Source of the DNA: Amoebophrya sp. A120
Taxonomy: Eukaryota; Protista; Dinoflagellata
Assembly (NCBI GenBank): GCA_905178155.1
Contig: CAJINV010000001.1
Location: forward strand, 2,346,089-2,410,088
Direction: 5' to 3'
DNA: 64,000 nucleotides
Shown here in pieces: positions 12,488 to 23,418 of the stretch. The position numbers and the translations under genes were made by a program. The number at the start of each line of letters is the position of its first letter. Within the stretch, counting starts at the first letter, position 1. The notes under the pieces were generated by a model, which was not told where the DNA came from, did no database searches, and saw nothing but the letters and a program-made list of their open reading frames with translations.

Positions 12488-13360
12488 CTTCTTGTTTTGA
12501 TGGTGCCGGATCGGAAGCAAAAAAAAAGAGAGGTAAAACACGTTTGTCTGACTGTTTTCTCAAAGTTTATCTGGAGTTTTCTTGTGATTTTTCGACTGGT
12601 GAAGGCAGTTTTTCTTTCCTTCTTTGTAGTGCTGTGCGGTTTGGGTTTGACGCTCCTACGAGGCTTGCTGCTTTGTCAACCTCTACGGGTAATGAGAGGC
12701 AGCCACAGAAGTGCTTTTTTCCTTCTCTGTGTTTGGATAATATGCACGATGGGGAAAAATCAAAAAAGCCGCCTTGATTTTGCACTACACGAAATTCAAC
12801 GATTTGTAAACGAGAAAGTCGCTCGGCCTTTTTTTCTTCCAGCCGTGCTGTCCTCGGTACCAATTTTGCGTTGAAACAATCCACTACCAAAAGTTACCGA
12901 CTGTTCAGTTCTTTTGTTGACGGTAATAGAACACGATAAGATGACCCAGCAGCGTCAACAACACTCTAAGGCACGGAAAAATGGTAATGGTGCAGCTGCT
13001 CGCTGCACATGTTAGTCTTGTGTATCCCCTGTAATGTACCAAAATGAATGTACAGTTTGCCAACTTGTTCCGAAAAAAACTATCCACGTTCTATGCTATG
13101 CGCATGTATGTGTCAAATGAAAACGCTTTGCCTTTTGCAGCCGCATGAAGATGCTGGCCAAAAAATCCTGACGATGACTGGACAAACTAGTACTTATCAG
13201 TATGACTCATCGATGTTGCAATAAATTCTTCCTGTGTAAATGGACCAAAATTGTGCTGTGCAGATTCCAAAATTTCCTTTCGTTGGATGGAAGAACCCGT
13301 ATCTTCAATCATTGGTATCCTTGCTGGATTTGAGAGTGGACAACATTGAAACCCCGCCAT

Positions 13361-13522
13361 TATGCTCTGCAAAAGCATCTTGCTCGTACTGAAACTGATA
13401 CTGATTGCAATCATGCATGACAAATCTGTTTTCATGGCCAAATCAGCATCACAAACTTCATTTTTCTTTGTGAAAAAATTTGCATTGCGATTTTTACTAG
13501 TACGATGCTTTTGCAATGCATA
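13361..13522. mobile_element. Introner, family B
   Basis: TATGC..TGCAAAAGCATC TIRs; perfect TSD GCCAT; absent from paralogous copy 1. Confidence 0.88.
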
Positions 13523-13556
13523 GCCATCACCTGGTACTTAAAGTCCGGGTGGACCT

Positions 13557-13818
13557 TATCAAATGCAAATATGTCTGGGTCTGGAAGATTTCGAGATTTG
13601 TCATGCATCCCGCGGACTACGCACACAGTCTGGAATGCACACAAAAGCATCACAGATTTTGCGAGACCTTCCTCATGGCTGTTCCGCATGAGAAATCCGC
13701 CTTTTGCCTAGCAAGAATTGAGCAACTTTTGGCGTTCCTGCAATACAGATTTTGTTGTGCTCGAGACTTAGCATGACAAGTTGCGATCTTCCAGACCCAG
13801 ACATATTTGCAATGCATA
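13557..13818. mobile_element. Introner, family A
   Basis: Family A TIRs; TSD GACCT/AACCT; empty site GTGGACCTTCTCC in copy 1 at about 12401-12413. Confidence 0.92.
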
Positions 13819-14884
13819 AACCTTCTCCATATACGCCTCCGGCTTGCCGGCGTTCATCGCCACCAGCAGGTCCTGGATCAACTTCACTTCCGGGGTGCAC
13901 ATCTTGCTTTGGTTGTGCTGGGTTGAAATCGAAAAAAAGAGAGGAAACACGTTTGTCTGTTTTCTCAAAGATTCTCTGGAGTTTTTTTGTGATTACTGAG
14001 AGGTTTTTTGTCTTTGTGATTACTGATGAAGGCAGCTTTTGTTTTCCTTTTTTGTACTTGCTATGCAGTTTGGGTTTGAAGATCCTAGCTACGAGGCTTG
14101 TTGCTTTGTCAACCTCTACGGGTAATGAGAGGCAGCCACAGCACCGGTGGTTCTTTCCTACTTCTCTGTCTTTGGATTACATGCACGATGGGGAGGACAA
14201 ATAAAAAAAAGCTATCTTGGTTTTCTACTATACGACGATTTGAGTAAACGAGAAAGTAACTCGGCCTTTTTTGCGTTTCGGTTTCAGCCGTTGTTTCCCT
14301 CGATAGTAATTTTGTGTTGAGACAATCATTTAGCAAAAGTATACCGATTGTTGTTTTGTTGACGTTTCGTGAACACGATAAGATGACTCTGATGCGTCGA
14401 GAACAATGCTCCAATTCAGTGGCGAAAATGGTGCAGTTGCATGATATGTTGGTCGTCTGACACTCAGTGGTTTCATATAAATATGCGCGTCCCCATAATA
14501 TACCAAAATGAATGTACAGTTTGCCAACTTGTTCCGAAAAAAACTATCCACGTTCTATGCTATGCGCATGTATGTGTCAAATGAAAACGCTTTGCCTTTT
14601 GCAGCCGCATGAAGATGCTGGCCAAAAAATCCTGACGATGACTGGACAAACTAGTATCAGTATGACTCATCGATGTTGCAAATTCTTCCTGTGTAAATGG
14701 ACCAAAATTGTGCTGTGCAGATTCCAAAATTTCATTTCGTTGGATGGAAGAACCCATATCTTCAATCATTGGTATCCTTGCTGGATTTGAGAGTGGACAA
14801 CATTGAAAATTGACTTTTTGGTAGTGAATTTCTTCGACTAGATATTTGGGCGGAATAGATCAAAAATAGATTGGCCGCCAAGCT

Positions 14885-15810
14885 ACGAGCATAGCGCGGC
14901 GCCAGGAAAAAAGATTGCTCCGGCCCGCGAAAGTTGGCCCAAACACCACGGCACTCTCTTACCTGGGCTGTCAGGTTCTGGGGCCAGGTTAGAGAGCAGC
15001 GCGGTGCCTGTGGTGCGAAAACGTCTTGGCCCGGGAAGGTGGCCAGATAAGGAGGATGATCTTGAAGCACAAACAGCGCGCTGTGCTCTTCCCGGGGCCT
15101 CTAGGCTTTGAGGCCCGGTGAGAGCATAGCGTGGCGCTTGGAAAAAAAGACAGCATCGGCCCAAAAAAAATTCGCCCAAACACCACGGCACTCTCTTACC
15201 TGGGTTGCCGGGTTTGGGGGCCAGGTAAGAGAGCAGTGTGGTGCTTGGGATGCGAAAACGTCCTGGCCTGAGGAGGTGGCCAGAGGAAAAAGACACTCTT
15301 GAAGCACAAGCGCCATGCTGTGCTCTTACCTGGGCCTCCAAACTTTGAGGCCAGGTAAGATCCTATCATGGCGCTTGGAAGGAAAAAAGGCCGCGTCGGC
15401 CCAAAAAAAGTTGGCCCAAACACCACGGCACTCTCTTACCTGGCCTTCCAGGTAAGAGAGCAGCGTGGTGCTTGGGATGCGAAAACGTCCCTCCTGGCCC
15501 GCCCGAAGAGCGGAGGTGGCCAGGAGAAAGAGACACTTTTTTTAGCACAATCGCCATGCTGTGCTTTTACCTGGGCCTCCAGACTTTGAGGCCAGGTAAG
15601 AGCATAGCATGGCGTTTGGAAGGAAAAAAGGCCGCGCCAGCCGAAAAAAAGTTGGCCAAAACACCACGGCACTCTCTTACCTGGCCTGGCAAATTTTTGG
15701 GCCAGGTAAGAGAGCAGCGTGGTGCTTGGGATGCGAAAATGCCCTGGCCTGAGGAGGTGGCCAGGCGAGGGAGATGATAGATCTTGAAGCACAGGCACCA
15801 CGCTATGCTA
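14885..15810. repeat. ~240-bp tandem repeat, about 4 units, with internal CTCTTACCTGG...CCAGGTAAGAG hairpins
   Basis: CACCACGGCACTCTCTTACCTGG recurs at about 14943, 15181, 15421 and 15662. Confidence 0.85.
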
Positions 15811-17327
15811 TTGGTATCTTCAATCATTGGTATCCTTGCTGGATTTGAGAGTGGACGACATTGAAAATTGACTTTGACTGCAGGGATTTGGGTTCTCCCT
15901 CTGTCGGCTGAGCAGCTGAAGAAGCCCGCAGCAACTCGCACGAAACTCTGCAGCCGCCCAGCGCCGCAAAAGGTTCTGTCTAATAAAAATAGGCGGACGA
16001 AAGGGCGGGGCTAGCTCTTTTGCTGCGTGCCCAGGTGGCCGCGCCCGGATGAGAGGAGCTCTGAACCAAAAAAGGGCCGCAGCCCTTCCGGTTGCGCGCC
16101 GGCTTAGCCGACGCAGTAGCTTGGGCGGTGGCATGGGCGCGGGCGCCCGGGCCGCCCTTGCTTCTGACTGGTTGGCCACCCAAGGCGCGGACACGCCGGC
16201 GTCTTTCGGCTTGTCCCGCCACGCAGCTGGGAAAGGCGCGGCAAAGTCCCCTCTGCGTGTCGCGTGTGGCCAGCGGGCAGCAGGTATCCGGGGTTTTTTT
16301 GTTTTCCCGCCCATTGGCATAGCCGAGTATAAAGTGGGCAGGCTGGCCGAAGGGTATGCGTTGAGGTTTTTGAAACTAAGTAAAAGGGAAAAGAGGCGCC
16401 GGCGGCTTTTGTCCGCCGCCTTGTGGCCGAGGTGCTTTGCCAATCAGTGGAAACGGCCCCGGGCGATGCGCATACCATTTGGAGGCAGCGCGCCCCGGGG
16501 GTTGTCTTTTCTGTTTCCACGGGCAGCCGGGCCCCCGGCCCCAGCCAGAGAGAAGGCGGCCGGGCAGGGCGGCGCCCAAGCTCGCTTGCGGGGCCGGAGC
16601 GACGTTTTCTTGCGTCTTGATCGTTGGCCCGGAGCGGCGGCGCGTCTGGACTTGAAATATTAACATATAAGCAGTGGCGGCGCGCGCGTTTCTGTTTTTC
16701 TGCTCGTTCTTCTGGCCAGGTTTTTATTTTTCGCAGCCGGCCGCCCGGGCAAAGCAAAAAAGAAAAAATCCGCCTGGGGGAGTAGCTACCCCGGGGAGTT
16801 TCGCAGTCGTTATTGACCTGCAGAAGAGCTCAACTGGGATGAAGCTATTGGGCCCGTGGCGCCCCTCGTCCTCATAGGCAACCTGGGAAGTTGATTCGTC
16901 TAGGTTTTCCGGCGTTTTTTGCGGGCCATTTTGTAAAAAAAGCTCTAGAGCTTTGACCCATATTTGAGCCAACTTTTCCCAGTCATAGCATGCTGATTTG
17001 CAATTCGCCGTCTGTGAACGTCTAGAGCTCATATCACACAGATTTGTTGCAATAGTGTCGTGCTTCAGAAGAAAATAGAAGCAAAAAAATGCTTAGGTCT
17101 AGAGCTTCGACCCAACTTTGAGCCAACTTTGAGCCAAGTTGCCGTTGCAATAGCGTGCAGATTCACGAAAAAAGTTGGCCCCTATAGCTTTCGCCCAGCT
17201 TTTACCACAACTTTGAGCCAAGTCGCTGTCAGTACTATAGGTCTCTCTACTATCTTCAATCATTGGTATCCTTGCTGGATTTGAGAGTGGACAACATTGA
17301 AAATTGACGGAATGCGATTTCGCCTAT

Positions 17328-17540
17328 AAAATTTTGCGGGCGATTTTGCGGGTGATTTTGCGGCCGATTTCTGAGCCGCGATTTTGCGGCCGGATAATTT
17401 TTGCGGGCGATTTTGCGGGCGATTTTTCGAGGCCGAATTCGGCGCCCTTGCGAAATTTTGCGGGAGGTTTTGCGGGCGATTTTGCGGACGATTTTGCAGC
17501 GCCCATTTTTCGGGCCATCGACAAATTCTGCGGAAATTCT
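17328..17540. repeat. Degenerate ~12-bp minisatellite (ATTTTGCGGGCG)
   Basis: More than 10 imperfect copies of TTTTGCGG in about 200 bp. Confidence 0.8.
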
Positions 17541-18532
17541 GCATCGCCCCGTTGGCGCCGATTTCCGGCCCGATCCTGGCGGGGCGGGCCCGCCGCCCCG
17601 CCCCTTCTTGGCGGGCGGCCGGGAGGGCCCCGCCTCGGCACTGGCAGTTTTTTTGGCCAGGACCTGGAGCGTCGGCCGCTGTGCCGGGGCCTATTTACAA
17701 AATGCATGCTCCCGCTACGGTTGTTTTCTAAGTACTTGCCGCCCAACCGTCGGCCCGTTTGCCGGAGTTGGCCTGGCGCTGACGCTGCTTGCTAAAGCCC
17801 CCAGAGGAGACGAGGGGGCGCGCAACTGCATATGGCTTTCCACAGCACCGAGTAGTGGCGGTTTAGCTATTTGAGTGCACACACCGCCTCACTGGCCTCC
17901 TCTTTGTGCCTCGCCAAAGTTGCTACCTACCTCAGCACCTCGCTCGCCCCCATTTAAAAACCATCCGGCCGTGCGAGACATCTATACTAGACCCTAAGCG
18001 CATGCGCAACTGCCTAGCTTCTCCAATCTCTTGCCCTCTGCACTGCACAAAGCGGCCTCGTCGGAGTGAACTAGCGCTCCGTCCTAAACAACTACGATGA
18101 CCACAGCTACGCTGCGTCGTCTATGTCAGAGCCAAAAAGAAGTCGAAAGCTAAGCATCGAAATGGGGGCGAGGGGTGAATGCAAAGACGTCACATACGAA
18201 AACTGTGCGGATGATTTTGAGGGATTTTTTGCGGGCGATATGGCCTGGGGCCTTCCAATTGAATTTCATTTCATTGACAAAAAACACAGATGAAACAACC
18301 CGTATCTTCAATCATTGGTATCCTTGCTGGATTTGAGAGTGGACGACATTGAAAATTGACTTTGACTGCAATAACGAAACGACATAGACATACTTCGAAT
18401 GAAAATTGAAACGAGATGACTTCTTTTGTTGACATTGATATGCTTCCCTTAGCAGAAACAAATGCAAATTGGTACGAGTTGTCGGAAAAAAGCTTATCTA
18501 AAACAAAAATCGCAAACTCAAACTGACAAAAC

Positions 18533-21500
18533 TCACAGCAACATATTCCGGTTCGTGATTGCGGTTTTTTCCGACAGGAGCAGACCCAGTTCCTCCGAAA
18601 TGAAGACCATCACCACGAGCAGAGAAACAAAAACCATCATATCAAATGCAAATATGTCTGGGTCTGGAAGAGTGTAAACTTGTCATGCAGTTTTTCCATG
18701 ACCCATGATTTCTGGAATGCGGGACCCAGCATGACAGACTTTGCGAGGTCTCTGTCATGCCTATCCTGCATGAGAAACTCCCTTCCAACTTGGTCGAAAG
18801 TGGACAGCTTTTGGCACTCATGCAACACAAAGTTTTGCATGATTCGGATTTGGCATGACAAGTTGCATCCTTCCAGACCCAGACATATTTGCAGTTCATA
18901 CATCATCACAAACGCGTACTTCGCACTCTTTTTCACCAACGACGTTTTTTCGAGGCGATCCAAACCCGAAAAGGGTACAGGCTTTCCAGCAAGAAAAACA
19001 ATCTCCTCAGTTCGCTTACGCTTTTCTTGCAAAACCGTGGAAGACGTAGAGAAGAGCAAGTCGTCGAGATCATGCAGCGGTGAAATGGTGACCAGGGAAC
19101 CCAGCGGTGATAAACCTTGATGCGACGGAGCAGAAGCGAATGCTCCTCGGCTGTTGCTGCTACGAGACCGGTTATTTTCGACCACAGCATCGACCAGGGA
19201 CAACACGCGAGACGGCACATCGCGATTGGGAGAAAGACTGGAACTTCTTTCCTGGACAAGCGACTTTGCGCGTTGCAAAACGTCCTCGAAGATCGCTGCG
19301 GTCTCGCTGCTAGAAAGTGCTTGACGGAGGTCGACGTGTTGGTCCTCTCCTGTATTGTAAGCCACAGCATGAGAGGCGGAAACACCACTGCTGCTGCTAC
19401 TTTTTTCGTTTCCTAGTACAACCTGCGACTCGAGTTGCAGCCCGTTGTCCTCGCCCTCCACCACTTCCAAAAGGCTGTCTTCCTCCTCCAGTTCCCGCGC
19501 TTTTTTCGCTTCGAGGAAGATTTTCTGCATTTCCTCCACTTGTTTCTCCAGTAATTCTTCTTTCATCGCCACAAGTTCCTTCTGCTCTTTTTCCGCCAAC
19601 AGCACCGCTTTTTCCCCACTGTTCTTCTGCTCCAGTTTCAAAACCTGAAGTTCTTGCTCTAAACCCTTGATCTGTTTCTGCAGCATCTGCACGGATTGCT
19701 GCAATTCCAGCTGCAATTTCTGTAATTTCCTTTTCTTCGGCGAGTTGTTGTTCTGACTCCGCAAATCCCCGAACAGGTCAAACATGGTCTCGTCGTCCGG
19801 AATGATGTTTTGCTTCATCAATTCCAAATGTTCTTCGTCATCCACGCACGGCGGAGAGGAGCCGCAGAGCACCAACGACCGCTGACTCGTAGAAGTAGTG
19901 GAATTATGACTCACATCAGACGCTTCGCCGAGGGAAGAGCTGTCACCGCGGGACAGCTGGTACCGGGCGGGCGAGCGGTCGCTGCTGGTCGCGGAAAGAC
20001 GGTAGTAGTCAACTAAACGCTCCTGTGGACGTTTCTGTAGTGAAGCAGTGGGGTTCATCAAAGTGCCGGCATGATCCTGGGCGAGTGTAGCTGTTCCTCC
20101 GGCTGCTGCTGGTGCACCAGCACTTTCATCGACACTGTTTATTCCACCGAAAGACTTCTTGACGATCCCGCGGAGCGGTTCCTTACTCAGCGACAACTTC
20201 GCCGACGGGGTTGCGACCCGGGTTTTGATACTCGTCAAGACCTGGCCGACCGGATTGTGCTTGTATGCGATCGCGGTGGAGTTGGTGGGAAGTAAGCACT
20301 TAAACAGCATTGGCGGCGCGTGTTGCACTTGGATCTCTTCGTTAAACTTAACACTGGACTTCCGCCGGGGTCCTTGCCAGTTTACGTCCGGAAACCAAAT
20401 CTCCCCCCGGTGGTTCGTTCCGAGATCCTCTGGGCTCAGCTTGGGCTGTGGTGGTTTCTGTGGCTGATCCGCATCGGTTTTCGAAGGAGTGGTCGAGGGC
20501 TTGTTTTGGTCTTGAGCAAAAGAGGGGGAGACACAATCGCCAAGGAGAATGGAAGGGCTGTTGCTTGGAGAGGAGGTGTTATCCGCGTTTCCGTCCTCCG
20601 CATTGGGGGAGAGCGGAGGCCCCAACTCACTGTTGTCCTTCTGCTCAACACGGCTTGTTTGCGGCGCAGCCGGAGAGGGCTCACGAAGATTCTGTTGATC
20701 GGCCGGCGTCGGCAAATAGGACTGCAAATCATTCGCTTTCTCCGGAGAAGCAGAGACTGATGGTGACGACACCGCAGTTTTTTCTTGCTTGATGTTGTTC
20801 CCCTGTTTCTTAGGCGTGTTTTTACTATTTGGAAAAGCCCGCTTTTTCCCCGCACTGCTCGGCAACGACGCGGTGGTCGACAAATCCACTTTTTTCGAAA
20901 AGTGATCTAAATACCGCGCCGCCACGTACACGCACTTGCTCTTCCTGTAGTTCCGTGACGCCGACCGGTTGCGCTTCTGCTTGTGCCCATTTTGGTGTCC
21001 ACCTCCGCTTCTGCGAAGATTTCCGCTGGGGGTGAGCGCCCGCATCTTCGGACTGACGGGAGAGTATGCCGGGGTCGTGCCGACAACCCGTCTCTTCCTC
21101 GATGGACGACCGCGACCGGGCTTGTTGGAAACCAAAAGCGAATCTCGCTGTGAAGTAGAACTCTGGTGTTGTTCTTGCTGGTGATGTGCATGTGCTATGC
21201 CTTGTAAATGCAACTGCAGTTGCTTTGTCGCTGATTCAGTCCTTTCCACCATGCTGCCGAGCGACAACCCCCGTTGAACGAACCCCTCGACGCCCACGGG
21301 TGCCGGCCCACGGCTGAACGACCGCGGCAACCGCAGGTTCGACGGCTTGTTATCTTGTTGTGCACTTCGTTCGAATAGTTGTGCCCCTCCTCTGGCGCGG
21401 ATCGGCGACAAACTCCGAGACGACAAAGACAACAGACTGACGCCGGAATTTGCTCGCTCGACAGGACCCGGTGTCAACGGTCGCAGATCCAGTTTGCGCG

Positions 21501-22026
21501 GGGTCATCAGCGGAAACGCAGAGGCGGAACGGTTTTGTGCAGCTGAAGACTGTGGCACAGAAGAAGCAACGCCAGCAGTCACGCTACTGTTAACATTCGC
21601 TGCACTCTCCAACAGCCGTTGTCTCTCCACCACCGGTCTTCGTGCGCCCGACTGCAAACTCGGGGGACTGAGTCTCGCGGGTGGTTGGAAGGTTGTGCCG
21701 ACACCGCTGGCCCGACGATGAAAAGAGTGCTTCACGATGTCGCGCCGGGGGGAGTTGTTATCGGGCCGAGAGATGGTACGTTGCACTCTGGGACTTCGCT
21801 GTATGGCTTCGTCATCAAGAAATTCTAATTCCGGCTGGTGGTGTTTGAAAGAATGCGACGATGGAGCTGGATCGCCTTTGACATTCTCGTTACTCTCTGC
21901 CACAACATCCTCCGCCCACTGCCGCTCGAACCGCAGCGGCATCGGCGTTTCGTTCACGGCCGAGTGATGTTCTGGACCTAGTTGGGCGTTGCTGGGTTCA
22001 GGGGACGTCGGGGGAGCGATTTTCAC
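18533..22026 (-). CDS. Large disordered/coiled-coil protein with predicted C-terminal transmembrane anchor
   Basis: Long Ser/Pro-rich ORF with a coiled coil (LQKLQLELQQSVQMLQKQI...); removing 18640-18900 gives the hydrophobic tail YAFVMMVFVSLLVVMVFI...NMLL*; start uncertain. Confidence 0.7.
18640..18900. mobile_element. Introner, family A
   Basis: Family A TIRs; perfect TSD CATCA. Confidence 0.92.
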
Positions 22027-23418
22027 GTATTCTGTACCCGAGGAAGGTCTTTGCTGCGAACTTCCACTTGGGGGAACCGCGACGCGAGTGCGAGCCTGAA
22101 ATCAATGTGAAGATCTTGAGAATCTGAGGACTGTGTATCTGTTTTTGATTGCGACTTGCGGTTGCGATTAACATAACTTGTGTGAAGATGAAAATAGGTG
22201 CAAAGCGAACGAAAACCAAATCTTCATCTTGCTATAGCCACCTGGTTCCGCTCAGCCGGATGCAAAGTCGGGCGATACACTGCCGACGCGAAGGGTATTC
22301 TCGTGCCCTTGCTTGCGGTCTCAATGCGGGTCCTGGCTTCCCTCTGTTCCGTCACTTGCTGCTGCAGGTCGTGGGCTGGAATTGGGCGATGATGGGGTTT
22401 TCACTCATTGTCAACATCAACATGCACTTTTTTACAGCAAAAAAAAATCATATCAACAAGTGACTGGTAAGGACAACACGATCGCTACTATACAATAATT
22501 CTTCTGCAGTTGCCTCTTGTTCGCGGACAGCTCGGGCGTTGTCTGCGTTTTTAAGCCGAACTGGTGCAAGGTTCCGCCGGGGGAGGTCGGAGCTAAATTT
22601 GTGCTGCGATGATCGCCGGTCGACATAATTCGCGTTTTAGCTGTGCAGTGGCTTTTACTTCTTTTTCACACGAAATTACGATTAGTTCCTCTTCTTTTTG
22701 TTGTCAGTCTCTTGCTATGATGCTGTTACTTCTTCATTCAATGACAATTTACTACAAGGTACAGCAGTCGTTTGGAAAAACAATTTTTGCTGAAAAGTAG
22801 GCCTGTGCTTGCTCGTGTCGGACTTACATAGTCAAATCGTTTCTCTTCGGGCTATTCTCTGTTTTGAAAGACAGAAGGCAAAAACAAAAACACAAACCGA
22901 GTGACTACTTTGTGAAACAAGCACACTGAAACTCACTCGCGGAAATTTTTCCCAAGAAAACAATTCGCTCCAGTACTTCACGTGCAGAAACAATTGGCAA
23001 GAAAAAAACGGGGCTCCATAGATTTCTATCACAGGTTAACAAAGAAAACAATGCAGAAACACAAAAAAAGCGACGACTTTTTCACAAGCAGACAAGAAAT
23101 TTTCTCGTGGTTCCTTCAGGGTTTTTTTGAGGTTTTCGGTATACAGAGCCGTACATGTGAAAGTCGGGTTGTAGAGGCGGGTCCAGTGCGTTGATCTTTT
23201 GTCGTATTGTCTAAATGAGTTGCGCTTTCTCATTTCGTCGCTTGGAAATGGTCCGCTACCGCTGCAATCTTGCGGTTTCGAATTTCAAGTTGTTCGTTGT
23301 CAGTTTCGCTCGTCTCGGCTAGTTGTGTACAGATTTTCAAAAAAACATCTGATTGACAATTGCAGCAGCTTGTTTTCATCGCATCTGTAAACCAAAGTAG
23401 AAAACGAAGGCTACTTCT

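Larger units (their letters stand above)
13351..13902 (-). pseudogene. Truncated copy 2 of the SnoaL-like gene (only MCTPEV...YQVMAG), carrying two introners
   Basis: Same N-terminal peptide as copy 1; breaks off exactly at the 58-bp repeat ending at 13350. Confidence 0.8.
13300..18370. repeat. Five direct copies of a ~58-bp semi-palindromic site (13300-13350, 14757-14817, 15815-15882, 17251-17308, 18303-18370)
   Basis: TATCTTCAATCATTGGTATCCTTGCTGGATTTGAGAGTGGAC[A/G]ACATTGAA(AATTGAC), essentially identical in all copies; copy 1 is truncated after ATTGAAA. Confidence 0.95.

Noticed and set aside
14883-17874. Many overlapping ORFs in the GC-rich cassettes
   Set aside because: Low-complexity products of repeats and high GC; no transposase, RT or recombinase motifs seen
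13300-18370. CRISPR array interpretation of the 58-bp repeats
   Set aside because: Spacers are 1-1.4 kb, repeats are too long, there are no cas genes and the context is eukaryotic
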